A stretch of DNA of 64,000 bases from Lama guanicoe (Eukaryota). Made by a program: the position numbers and the translations under genes. Each line of letters begins with the position of its first letter. The first letter of the stretch is position 1. Below the pieces are notes generated by a model. That model was not told where the DNA came from. It saw only the letters and a list, made by a program, of their open reading frames with translations, and ran no database searches. This document shows positions 52,215 to 64,000 of this stretch, piece after piece. The stretch covers positions 12,131,325 to 12,195,324 of the forward strand of contig MU054187.1 in assembly GCA_013239625.1 (NCBI GenBank), given 5' to 3'.

Positions 52215-53484
52215 CTGCTCACTCGGCTCAAAGCTCATCTCCTCCTTTTCAGTTTTCATAGCTATTAATTTTGTGTTACTGGCAGGGTCTGTCTTACTGT
52301 CCAGTCGCTCAAGTTTGGGGGTTATTTCTGGTAAACCAATATCTTTAGTATCATCTTTATCGAGCAAATAGCGAAGTAGTGCATTCTCTTTCTTCTTGGG
52401 GCTCACTGGCTCCTGTTTAATAGTCACCTCGGAACCAGGAGCCGTGCTGGTGGCCTCCTGGTTCAGCTCTTTGCCCGTGGCCTCTGCTGTTAACTTGGCC
52501 AGGTCCACGGGGGAACTGCTGTCCTGCAAGAGTCTGTGCAAAATCTTATGCTTCTCCTTGAGCGAGGTTCCGTGCGTCGACCCAGAACCAGGCAAGCTGC
52601 CTGCGGAGTCCTTGTTTGCGTCCGACAAGGAGCTGGACAAGGGCGAGGGCTCCATCTGGTCCGATTTGGTGGTCAACAGCTGCAGGAGCTTGGTCTGTCC
52701 CTTGCCGTCGTGCAGCCTGCTCTGGCCGTCGGGCCTCTCGCTGCTCACGGCCGGGGCCAGGCTGGGCTCGCTCGCTTCCTTCTGCTCCCCGGCGTGGCAG
52801 CTGCTCTCGGCCTGTCCGGCTGCGCCTTCCGATGGCTCCCCGTAAAGTCCAAAACAGTCTTTGGAGTCTAAACTTCCCATCTTGCTGAGTGGGGGAGGGT
52901 TCATATGAACCGGGGAGTTCTGCAAATTGCCCATTTTCAGGTCCGGCGAAGCCAACGACGACCCCAGGGAGACCCCGTGCCCCTCGCTGAGGGCCTGGAG
53001 CGCGTTGAGGGAGCTGTTGGTGTAGCTATGGCTGTTTCCTGTGCTGCTGCAAACTCCCACGGGGGAATGCAAGCTTCCCGCAGGGGAGAACTGGCTGGGG
53101 GGGACCCGCGGGCTCCCAGCCACTCCAGGGCTCATGCGATGCCTCGGCGAGAGCATGGAGTTGGGCTGCCCGGGATTCATGCCAGGGCTGCTCTGTGAGG
53201 GGCTGTTCATTTTTAGTGCATAGTTGCTACCCTGAGGAGTGGCCGCCTGCATGCTCGACACGTGGTTCATTCCCCCAGAACCACCAAACCTGCCCATGGG
53301 CATGCCCATCTGTTCCTTTGGGCCGTTTATGGGGAAATTCATATTGCTGCCTAGGCTCATGTCCTGACCTGGGTTCCCACTGCACAGGGCCTGATGGGCA
53401 GGGCTGCTAGAGCTAATTGGATTCAATGGCTTCCCCAGCGCTTGTCCAGTCAGATCCGGATTCATCACACACACGTTCTGCTCT
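52215..53484 (-). CDS. NCOA2: NCOA2 exon 11 equivalent: Ser/Thr-rich region and nuclear-receptor interaction domain with three LxxLL boxes
   Basis: Inside ORF 52140..53507. NR boxes LLQLL (52674-52688), LHRLL (52527-52541), LRYLL (52362-52376). Acceptor cctgcag|, donor CAG|gtaagt; 1270 nt. Confidence 0.99.
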
Positions 53485-54648
53485 CTGCAGGATGAGGAAA
53501 GAAACACAAGATAAAAGGAAGAATGCTTAGCAAGTTGTTATTAACTTTAACAAATGAGATCGCCTCATTAAAAGAAGAGACTACATGTAAAGGAAAGATA
53601 ACACTCTGATGAAGCAATCTGCAGTGACAGACAAGACTGAACGTGCATCGTTTTGGACCAAGAGGGGTGTTTTTCAGTCAACTCATTAAGATGTTTGTAG
53701 TTTTACAGACAGGGCTGTGTTTAAATTTGACTACTACCATATTGAGATCGTAGCTGCTAGACAAGACATTAGAAGGGTTCCAATTACATAATACATCTTT
53801 CTCATTAAACGGTTATCATGAGAACTTGTACCGTCTTAAAGAAAACAACCCAAACAAGTATAGCTGTCTTCAGTTATTTGCCGGAGATGACAGTTCCTGA
53901 CAAAAGACACACCTGTGAGCCTGGAGCGCTGATGTGTCCGCTTGGCTCAAGACAAATAGGAAAATTAGGCAGAAAAAACTTGCCCCTAACTATTTGAAAC
54001 TCTGCAAGATTTACAGCCAATAAAGTTACCAAAACTGTTTAGAGTTAGATAACCTGTCTAACAGATCGCCCCACCCAGGTCCCCCTGAAAGGTGATGCAA
54101 GGGCCTCTAATCTAAGTCAGACAACATGGGAGGGACGCTCGGGCTGCCCTGGGTCTGCCATCCTGCTCTCCGCTCGCAGACAACTCCTCTCCACTCCCGC
54201 ACGCATGACTAAAAGCAGCTTTTCTGAGCTGGATGATTTTCCAGGCCTTGTGAGCTTTAATTTACAGCCTGGCAGTCACTTGTGAGTTACCAAATGTGTT
54301 CACAAATCCAAACAAAACAGGCTTCACAAATTGTCAGACGTCAGCTTTCAGTTAGAGGGGGTGAAATCTGGCACATCTGTCTGTAATCACTTTCAAATTG
54401 TTTCAGTTTGAGGTCAGATTTATTAATAGTTGGCATACAGGGATGCTTGACTTTTTAATTCCTAAATAAGAAAGTCAATAATTGAGAAATGTAATAAAAG
54501 GCGACTCTTTAACCAGAGCAACTTCATGTATCTTTGGACAGTACCTCATGAAGTTTCATGTAGACACACATAAGTATTTATATAAATTGAAACATAATCA
54601 TTTCCCTAAATTTGTGCTCTAAAACAATATGGCTTATGACATTTACTT

Positions 54649-54787
54649 TTTTAATTTTCAAAAATTTTTATTATTTTTCCTTTTTTATTGAAGTATATAG
54701 TCAGTTTACAATGTGTCAATTTCTGCTGTACAGCATAATGTTTCAGTCATACATATATTCGTTTTCATATTTTTTCATTATAGATTA
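54649..54787 (-). mobile_element. Short L1 3'-end insertion with 11-bp TSD
   Basis: gacatttactt at 54638-54648 and 54788-54798. Confidence 0.8.
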
Positions 54788-55347
54788 GACATTTACTTAA
54801 AAGTCAACACTCAATTTTCCTTACTTTTATTTTTTTATGGAAATGTTAACCTTCAATTTAAAGTCTAATGTCAAAAAGTTGATTTAAACCTGAGAATAAC
54901 AACCTCAAATACTCCTTCTAAGTATATATATATTTGAAAGTTTTAGATTTAAACACAAAGTAGTAGAAATCATTCTAATGGCTAATATCCCTGCCCTGCA
55001 TGTGCCACATCTGAGAAGTGATCCATTTTCCTTCTCTGATATAACAGGCAGTCATGTCAGAGCAAAGTGCTAGCCTGTGTTCTTCTAGCTGGGTTTTAAA
55101 ATTCATTAGTATTAAGGCTAAAATTCAAAGTGTAGCCCCAACTTTGAATGTCAGTATCATGAGCAGTCTTTTAGCCAACAGTTAATGACAATTACATTTT
55201 AATTTAATTTTACATTTTTACATGCCTGGGGTTGGTCAACAGAAATGTCTAGCCAAACTGAAAAGCCGTAGGATGACTTGTTGCTTTTGTAACCTTCCCT
55301 CCTAACCTGGGCAGGGGAGGCAGCTTCCCGGAAGGAGAACCGCCTAC

Positions 55348-55495
55348 CTGTGCAGCATGTGTAACGATATCACGAGCTGAGGCTCGTTAGTCGTCTGGGA
55401 GCGGATGAGCTTGCTCTTCGTCTGCGCGGCCACAAGAGTGCCGTCAGACAAGGAGAAACGGTAGATCTGACTGAATGCCAGCCCTTGTCTCAGCA
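55348..55495 (-). CDS. NCOA2: NCOA2 exon 10 equivalent, end of PAS-B
   Basis: Manual translation [50 protein letters not shown] (not in the ORF track); acceptor cctgcag|, donor AG|gtaggc; 148 nt. Confidence 0.96.
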
Positions 55496-58400
55496 CTGCA
55501 GGCAAGGAGACAACGCATGTTTAGAAACAAAATCGGGGCGGGGGAGGACAAGATATAATAACAGTAAAAAACACCATTAAGTTTAGTATTTCCCTATCAG
55601 CAAGTTAAACCGAGTTGTAAGTAATATTTCACGATATTAGAACACTATAAATTTTTAAAAGCACATTTATCTTTCACTCAAAATACCAATAAATTCAATA
55701 TATTGAGTTTCTTCCCCAGCTGAAGCTTGGACCCTCAAATTATGATCTTTTAAAAATCTTCAGTATCATGGCAAAACAGTGTAACCAATTTATTAGCTCA
55801 AAATGAGCTTTACAATGCTTTGTTTAAAATGTGAGAAAACAATACAATGATACCTCTAAAGTGTACAAGGTGCCTTTAATTTCTCTTTAAACTAATAAAA
55901 GTATTACAGTAAAACTTAGATGACATTGAATATATCCTTCAAATATTCATCTTGAAGTTACGTACTGTTCAATCCATCATTCCACACTACTATTCCCCAT
56001 TCCTCAGTGTATAAGAAATTTCTGTGGTTAGAACAACAGGAAGCAAAAGATAAAAACAATCAGAAGAATCTTTTCAGAGGAAAAAAAGCTGAATAGAAAA
56101 CTGAAATAATAAAAGTACAGATCTTCGTGACATGAAATTGGTTTAACATCTGGATAAAGAATCAGGTGTTTCCATTTTCAAGACTACAGTAGAAAGGATA
56201 ACAAATCAGCTAGGTTAAAACAATTTCTCTTAAAATTTCAGACTTCTCTTTTAAAAGAAAACTTTTAAAATGGTCAAATATTGCATTTTAAAAAAGAACA
56301 TTTTGGTTCAGAAAAAAAGTAGCCATATGGTTTAGTTACCTCCTAAACCATTTTAAGAAGACTACCACATTTTACCACAAAATCCCCAGAATAAATTTTG
56401 TGGGTTGAATAGTTGGTCGCAAAGTGACCACGCACATTCATCATTCTACAAAATTGCCACAAATGAGAGAGAGAGAGAAAAAAAAGTGAGAGAGAGAGAA
56501 AGACAGAGTTGCTGACCTACAAGGTGGATTCTGATTTCTTGGCAATATTTCACTCTGAGCAATTTCCCCGATGGAAGCCCCTCTGCAGTTTCAGGTACTC
56601 AGGTACACGCGGTATTTAGGCATTACCTTCTGCACCAACTGTTGCATGAAGTGACTCGGAACAGGCAGAGCTAGAAATGAATTACTGTACACATGTGTAT
56701 CTTGCTTTGCGCACTATGCTCCTACAAGGTAGCATAAACACTAATCTTCTATTTCTGATGGCTTATAATTTCAGAATTTTATCTGACCTTGGCTGTGATC
56801 CCTTAAGATTTTCCATTCCATCTGCTCTACATCAAACATCTCTCCTAAGCAGGTATGTGTAAGCATGCACCTGAACACATTAGGAAGCTCCTCCGTGTAA
56901 ACAAAGCCTTCTATTAGATTTTTATTCAAGGTAAATGATTACCCATTTACGTTGAATACATTTGGAAGAAATGTATTTCATACATGGTGGGGTTTCCTTT
57001 CTGTGGGCCCCATCTGTTTAAACCTAGCACAGTGCCTGGTACAACTGTGTAAAAAACCCTTTCGTAAGGAATCAGGAAGCCATGGAATTAATCTGAGGCA
57101 TTGCTACTCAGGGCCCGAGGAGTACACGTTTCCTCGTGGGGATTTCTCATTCTTTGTTAATCTTCTTTTTATTTTAAACCAGATCTAGTGAAATGGCAGG
57201 CTGATTATTGATTTCTGTCACACATAGCATCTTTATTTCCTTTTATTCCTTCCCACTTAAAGAAGACACAAATTGTTGGATTATGTGCTTACTTCTAAGA
57301 AATAATGAAGAAAATGAAAAGGATGAAGAAGAGGAAGAAAATAAGGGAATGGGGAGAGAGGTCATCTACTATCATCCATACTTCTCAATAAGCAGTCCTA
57401 AAGGCATTAAGTTTAAACATACAAACATTATCAGTAAAGTCTAAAATCATTGGTGCACATTAAGGAAGATGACCAATGACAACTCTATTTGAGTTACAAT
57501 TTTTTTCTGCAAAAATGCAGACAATTTGCCATACTGAGCTACGAGGCACACAGTCCCTGTCCCTCTGGCCATGCCTGTGGAATCCACGCCCCACAACCAA
57601 GTGCCCCCTGCCGGGCCTGGGAGAAGAGTCAGAAGACAGAGGAAAAAGTGACTCCCTTCCCCACACAGTACTTAGTAAGCACCAAGGAATTTTTTTGTGG
57701 TTCTTGCCAATTTAACAAAAAATCAGAATGCACTGGAGAAGAAGTGATGCCGTAGACAGGACCGTGGGGACAGCACAGCGGCGTGGCTGCCAGGACAGGC
57801 CTCTCATCCCCGCGTGGTGCGGACACTTTCTAATCAAAGGCTCCTGAGGCCGTCATCTCACCGGCTGCAGCGCCCACGAGAGTCAGACGCCTACTTCATC
57901 GGTGGGCTGTGGGGACCACCGGGCTCACGTAAAGAGGGACAACGCCAGGCAAAGACAAGGTGCAGTGAGGGCTGCTATTAGTACTGAAATACGACTCTGA
58001 AGACTTGGGTTGAGTTCCAGGTGTCCTATTCATTTACTGTGTGACCTCAGACAAGTCACTTCATCTAGAAACATCTGGAAAGTCTTCAGTGGTCATCCCC
58101 CGGAAGGAGGGTGTGGGATCCCACCGCCAGCTCCATCAGGAATTCACTTGCTCTTGCAAATTTCATTTCGTTCTTACTTTCTTTATGATTCAGATGGTAC
58201 TTCTTTTGCTATTAGAGGGTACCTGAGTCTGCTTTCTCACACATCCAGAGAGCTTGGGTCAAATAAATCATCTCTTTCACTTTCCTTTCATCTGTCTTTG
58301 TGAAATTATAACCTCCAATTCAGTTTCCTTCACCACATGCTTAGCCCTACAGGTTCTCCTACTAAATTTTCCTTCAGATAGCAAAAGTCCTGCGCAAGAT

Positions 58401-58547
58401 GATGCAAGTACACATGAACGTGAAGGGTCACCAGATCCGAGTCCCTGGAGGGGGACGTCAGGAATCACGGTTTTGGAGAAAGCATTTCCAAAAAGCTGCA
58501 ATTTAGCAAAATCAACTTCAAGAAAAATATCATTTAGAGTTGGTTAC

Positions 58548-58691
58548 CTTCATGATGATGCCTCTTAGCATAAGACACAGACTCCCCTTCGTGCTGTGCA
58601 TGGAACTTCTGAATGCACCTCCTCACCAGGTCCTCCCAGCCCGGCTTCATGGCTGCCCGCATGGTGCTAGTATCCAGTGACGTGATCTTGC
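58548..58691 (-). CDS. NCOA2: NCOA2 exon 9 equivalent, PAS-B
   Basis: [47 protein letters not shown]; acceptor ttgatag|, donor G|gtaacc; 144 nt. Confidence 0.97.
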
Positions 58692-58993
58692 CTATCAAAT
58701 AACAGTGAGCATTAGACCCACACACGGATCTCGTATTCACAGAAATAATTAAATCTTAAAAAGATTAAAATTTATTTATTTAGACCTGGTAGCACAGCGC
58801 GCTGACCACGAGAGTAGACTGTGAAAACAATAATCACGAGGAAGCCCCGACCCCTCCCTGTCCCCCAGCTCCTCCTCCACGCTTTCGCCACTACCACCAG
58901 CTCCCTGACAGTCTCCTAAACCCAGTCCTTGCATTTACAAACATCTGAGTATTCAAGAATGATTTTGTGGCCTTCTCTGGCAAGAAAATTTAC

Positions 58994-59095
58994 CTTGGAG
59001 ATCTTGGCGAGTGGTAAAACTTTCTGATGAGGGAAGGACTGGTCTCTCCTTCATGGGAACTCTTCTAGCCACACAAATCAGGCAGGACTGCAAAT
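58994..59095 (-). CDS. NCOA2: NCOA2 exon 8 equivalent, start of PAS-B
   Basis: [35 protein letters not shown]; acceptor gattgaag|, donor G|gtaaat; 102 nt. Confidence 0.97.
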
Positions 59096-59340
59096 CTTCA
59101 ATCACAAACATTATCATTTTAGGCTTTGGTAGTGATGCAAAGAAACTCAAATATATTTATGACAGCACAGACTTGCAGATCAAAGGGGAGGGTGTCCAGC
59201 TGAGGATAAACTGCGGAAGCCACATGACACGTGTGCTAAAAGCATACCCCACACGAGAGGCAGACATCCGAAGCCGTCTCCCCAGCGGGGGGGAAGAATG
59301 GAGTTCTTCCTTATTAACTGGCTGATGGTAACAACCAGAA

Positions 59341-59496
59341 AAATTCATAATAAAGCTCACAAATGATGAAAATGACAAACTGATGCTCTGTCAGGGGCTG
59401 GATTCTTGAGTTTAAGGACAAATTCATAATAAAGCTCACAAATGATGAAAACGACAAACCGATGCTCTGTCAGGGGCTGGATTCTTAAGTCTGAGG
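59341..59496. repeat. Tandem duplication, period 79 bp, two copies
   Basis: aaattcataataaagctcacaaatgatgaaaa...gatgctctgtcaggggctggattctt starts at 59341 and again at 59420. Confidence 0.97.
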
Positions 59497-59833
59497 CTCA
59501 CCAGGATACAGGAAAACTAGATGTACCTTTGAGCAAACTATGCGAACACCCCTACAATGGCGACATGCAATGTAAGACAAAGAAGATAAGTGGAGTCTAG
59601 ACTCAGATTTGGAGACCAAATCTAGAAAATGCAGCATGTGCCAAGTTCAGAGTCTTGACCCCGGCTGGCTCCTCGCAGAGCCGATGCTTCCCCCACCTCA
59701 ATTGTTTAATGTTCTGGGTTCACTTCTGGAGAACAGGGAAGTGTTTTATTTATCTTGTAACATGCAGAGCATACTGCAAGCCTTTTCAGTTTCAGAAATG
59801 CTGGATAAAAAGGTTGATAACAAATGTCTCTTT

Positions 59834-59928
59834 GGGGGCTGTGGGTACAGTTCAGTGGTAGAGTGCGTGCTTATCAAAATGCACGAGATCCTGAGTTCAA
59901 TCCCCAGCACCTCCATTAAAAACAAAAA
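59834..59928 (+). mobile_element. tRNA-derived SINE (vic-1-like)
   Basis: cagttcagtggtagagtgcgtgc...gagttcaatccccagcacctcca plus A-tail; approximate TSD caaatgtctctt/caaaaagtcactt. Confidence 0.85.
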
Positions 59929-60044
59929 GTCACTTCATATCTATGTCACTGATTTATGATCATTCACCTTTAAATTTGGGGGAAATTTTCTTTAAATATA
60001 TCCAGTAATAGTACCACACACAAAAAAATATAATCGTCATCCAC

Positions 60045-60298
60045 ATGATAAAAGCTAAGGTTTGGAGCATTTACAATGAGACAGGTATCTTTCTAGCTAC
60101 TTTACAGGCTACTAATTCACTGAATCCTTTTAATAACTCTGTGAGGCAGGCACTAGCATCATCTCCATTTAACAGAGGAGAAAACCAAAGCACAAAGTTT
60201 CAGCGACTTGCCCAACATCACGCAAAACTTTGGCGAAGCTGGGACTTGAACCCAAGCACACCATGGCTCAGAAACTCCACCCTTACGCTATACTGCAT
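60045..60298 (-). mobile_element. MIR SINE
   Basis: MIR core: aactctgtgaggcagg...ccatttaacagaggagaaaaccaaagcacaaag...gacttgcccaacatcac...gggacttgaacccaag. Shorter MIR-like cores also near 27545-27620, 28580-28700, 57990-58070 and 62320-62440. Confidence 0.75.
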
Positions 60299-61119
60299 CA
60301 ATATCCAGAATCAGATTTTAAATGTACAAAAATGGTTAAATGTACGGCACAGAATCATCAATGAGCTCGGCTGCAGAGTATTTTCGGTGAATCAGCAGCA
60401 CTTACTCTGCTGTGTACAGGAGAATAAAATCACCTGACAGTTCGTATCTACGGAAAAATTTAATTTTGAAAACTATGTATCATCTGTGACAGCTCTATTT
60501 CTTTCCAATAAAATTTAAATTAAAAACTACTGCCATATTTTTTAAAAGAGGGTTAAATATCTAGTACTGAGTGCCAATCACAGTTCAGGCATATTCATTT
60601 AAGCCTTATTACTCTGTGATACTGGCAGTGTTGACTTCACTGGTTGAGAGAGCAAACGGATGTTCAGAGAGGTCAGAGCTGGTAAGTGGCTGAATTAGGA
60701 GCCGGCCTGTCTGATTATTAAGCTCATGATGTTTCCTTTCACCAACGGTCCTAGCTCTTCCCCTCGTGCTCTGCATGCAGAATGTGCTCGGCAGCCCTGT
60801 CCCATGTCACAGGCAGTGACACTCAGAGGTGTGGAATGGACTGCTCAGAGGGCGTAGGGGGTGGACACTACATCAGCATGTCTTTAAGGGGAAGAGCCTG
60901 AGAGCTCACAGCCTGGAGCCCTTTCCCTACTCCCCACGCATCTCTATCCTCTCAAGTGTCATTCTCCTACATCGTACTCTGGGCCCAGCACCCACGGATA
61001 AACCACATGAAGTTCATGACTCCCTTGAAGGTATATGAAAAATGTTTGGGCTGGGTGCATTTTCCAAGCTCGCAGTAGGTTCAGAGGAGCCTAGGATCCC
61101 CAAGAGGTTCACACGCTAG

Positions 61120-61255
61120 CAGAGCTGCTCTAGCACGTGGCTACTAAGCCACGTGTGGCTATTTAATGTCAACTTCGTGGAAGAGAAAACGTGCTCCCCC
61201 AGTTGCATTTCGGACATTTCAAATGCTCAAAAGCCACATGCAGCCAGTGGCTGAG
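61120..61255. mobile_element. MER3/MER33-like hAT-Charlie fragment
   Basis: ctaagccacgtgtggctattta...catttcaaatgctcaaaagccacatgcagccagtggct. Confidence 0.65.
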
Positions 61256-61393
61256 GCATCAGACACTGAACGTGTAGAAAAGAGAAATTGCCTCTAAATT
61301 CTTCTTTGTGTGGCCTCCAATTTTAGATGACTGAGCATGAAAGCAGCAGCACAGGAATACGTGACATAAAACATCCCAGAGGTGCTGCCCTAC

Positions 61394-61582
61394 CTTCTCC
61401 TTCTTCTTTGATGGACTTTGGTTGAGAGACAGCAAAGCACTGCATAGTTTCGTATTTCTGATGTGCTTCCTGGTTATCATGACCTTCCTCTTCGGAATCA
61501 GGTAAAGGTTTTACCAGCATCCGACAATTGAAAGTATGGCTGTTCCGCCTGGGAGGTTCGCCAGACCAAGATCCCCCGTTCA
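61394..61582 (-). CDS. NCOA2: NCOA2 coding exon (human exon 7 equivalent), PAS-A C-terminal part/linker; first NCOA2 exon in the window
   Basis: Translates [63 protein letters not shown]; acceptor ttgctcag|, donor G|gtaggg; 189 nt, phase 1-1. Confidence 0.97.
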
Positions 61583-64000
61583 CTGAGCAAGGCAAAAAAA
61601 TGAACCCAACGGTGTGAAGAAACTTAGCATCAGACTCGCTTCTGCCGAATTCTCCAAATGATGTGGGAAACCTACGGTTATTTTACTTTTATATGGTGTT
61701 CGTACTTTTCTAAGTAATTTCATAATCTAAAGGGAAAAACTTCTTGGGTCAGTGCTTTAACAACTTGAGAAAATTCTTGGGAATTTCAAATGTCTTTTAC
61801 ATTTCTTACCCTTCACTCCGACCCCTTCCCTTTGGGCTCAGGCCTTGATTAGTAACCAGCCACATCTTACCCATCCAACCGGATCTTTCACATTGCCCAG
61901 CACAAGCCTCCCCCATCACCTTCCGTACCCAGTCCTACACGGATCTCTCTGCTCCTGCCACCTGATCTAAAATGTCAGGCTGCCGCCCCTCCTCCCATCC
62001 AAACGTACTCCTGCCTCCTCTTACAGATCTGAATTTTACAGAAACTTCAGTGTCTGTTCTGTAAATTGGCTGCTGCTGAATTACCCTGTTGTAGTCTCTT
62101 TGCTCCATGTATATTTTTTCAGTAAGACTGGAATGTCCTTGAGGATACATGTTAATGTCATTTATTTCTTTTCAACTGAAACCTACTTCTGTTTTATTAT
62201 CAATCCTTAGAAATGTATATACTAGTTCAATAAAAAGATAATAAAAGAAAAAGACATCTTTTTTTGGCGGGGGTGATGCATCAGACAAATCAAAGAGAGG
62301 AATCGAAGAATGTCTGATTTTGAGAGTTAAAGGGTGTAAAGGTCACCAGATCACCTTCCTCATCTACAGATGAGAAAACTGATGTCTAAAGAAATTCCAA
62401 CTACTGGAAGAGCTGGAGTCAGAACAAATCCTAATTCTCATTTTGGTATTATTTTCTTTACTGTTCCTTGTGTTTTATCTAAAAAATATTAGGACCAGTA
62501 GGACAGGGAAAGAGGGAGTCAAAAAGAGGGCCAATCATTAGACAGATAAACATATCCCAAAATCACTAGTTAGAAAATGCTTAAGAGGCCATCTAGGTGG
62601 ATACAATGTTAAGCCACAGGCAGGAGGCTGCAGAGGAATAAAGAAGGAAACAAACCCTAGAGAGAAAAAGGAAATACCAAGTTAATTGCCAGAAACTGTT
62701 TGACAGAAGGAAACATTGCTAGCTTTAGCCAGACACCTGAGACGTTTATTTCACCACCAGTATTCTTAAAAGCGTATGCATATAACGGAGACTATGTAAT
62801 CAAAGAAAAAAGTTTTATTAATTCAGGTTAATAAGTAAGTTGAAAGCTTTTATGCTCAAAGTACAATATAAAGTAAGGCCAAGAGCTCTTTAGACAAGTG
62901 AATTAATAATAGTGAATTAATAGGCACAGGTCCTCTGAGGAAGTCATAAAATTACTGAAGAGATTTGAAAAATACTAGTTACTTGAAATAAGAAATCCCA
63001 TTTTCTTGTTCATTTACTGGAGAATATAATAAAAGAATCTCACACGAGTATTCGCGTACTTTCTATTACTGTGGGTCATCGCACCAGAAACGTTAGCCAT
63101 AATGGAACCCGAAAGGGCCTTTTCCTACTTGCTGTGGTAACAATACGACCAGCTAGTGGAGACAGTTTTCAGAAAAGGAACAAAAATACTTGCTAACTCA
63201 GGACTTGACCTTATTCTGTACTAAAATATGCACTTCTTTTTACCCATGAAGATGTTCTTAGCATCATCAGTTTAAGTGAGAATATAAAAAAAGAGCCACT
63301 GAGTAAGTGGGAGCAGCACTGTTCCGGAGCAGCCTCTGAGGTGAGCCCACGCTGTGAATCACCCACTTTCCAATACGGCCCATCATGATCACGTCTACTT
63401 GGACGGCATCTCCGAATCAAGATGGGGAAGCAGGGAGGGTGGGGTGGAGGCAGCACACAGTGATGCCACTTGTAGGGCCACCCAAGAGTGTGCAAAGCCC
63501 ATTTAGGGCTCCCAGGCTGAGAGCATTTGGACCTCTATACGCCACCTGTTCCTCAGCGTTTTATTTTTAGAACGTCTTATATACCCACATGGTACTCTTT
63601 TCACAAGTTGGACTTAAAATAAGTTGAATCTCAAGCTTCTCCTGACCTCCTTCTTACATGGCCATGGAGAAAAAGGACAAAACAGAGTCGGCTGGCTGGA
63701 CAGGGTCTGCCGGGGGGGGGGGGGCACTGGACAATCAGACGAGCCCCATGGAACAGTTGTTGTATGAGCACTTTCCATCTGAATTATTTTCACGTACTTT
63801 AAATACAAGGTCAAATAGATCATCCATTCACGGTCAACGTCAACAGATGTCCTTCTCTCCATGACTTATAAGGTAAACACTTAACACAAGCATCTCTAAA
63901 AAACAACTCCGTTACTCTCATCCCCACTGACATAATACAGTTCTGTTTTACCCCCTCTAGTCAAGACAGTGTGTGCATGGGGGTGGGGTGGGCTGGGGTG

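Noticed and set aside
52396..53410. Plus-strand ORFs antisense to exon 11, and similar ones opposite exons 14, 16, 17 and 21
   Set aside because: Shadow ORFs produced by the GC-rich codon structure of NCOA2.
11926..59928. Six tRNA-Ala-like sequences (11926, 18983, 21621, 36120, 51130, 59834) as tRNA genes
   Set aside because: They are mutually divergent, have disrupted stems or anticodon arms, A-rich tails and TSD-like flanks. These are SINE copies.
61134..61155. Perfect hairpin cacgtggct-acta-agccacgtg with two E-boxes
   Set aside because: It lies within the naturally palindromic core of a MER3-like DNA transposon.
1..64000. CRISPR arrays, operons or other prokaryotic systems
   Set aside because: The sequence is clearly mammalian, with spliceosomal introns, SINEs and LINEs, and there is no repeat-spacer array.

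Overview
Mammalian genomic DNA, probably camelid, judged from six tRNA-Ala-derived vic-1-like SINEs. The main feature is the 3' part of NCOA2 (TIF2/GRIP1/SRC-2) on the minus strand. It has 17 coding exons (human-numbered 7-23 from memory; 61582 down to the TGA stop at 15945-15947). All have GT-AG boundaries and join in frame (3857 nt, from the PAS region through the three LxxLL NR boxes, AD1, the Q-rich region and AD2). A 3' UTR of about 3.8 kb ends near AATAAA signals at ~12128-12164. The 5' exons lie beyond the window. Positions 1-11900 are GC-rich intergenic DNA with MLT1 LTRs and L1 fragments. Best second-look items: (1) a stop-free, in-phase 207-nt extension of exon 19 whose peptide resembles the collinear NCOA1 segment; (2) a possible highly decayed ERV gag at ~4930-6230; (3) retrotransposition oddities with readable TSDs, including a 22-nt 3' transduction, a tail-only insertion and L1s nested in a hAT element; (4) a 79-bp tandem duplication; (5) repeated Thr->Ala changes and CpG gain in exon 11. 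I found no convincing wholly new biological system. Repeat family names and comparisons to human proteins are from recall, not from a database search.
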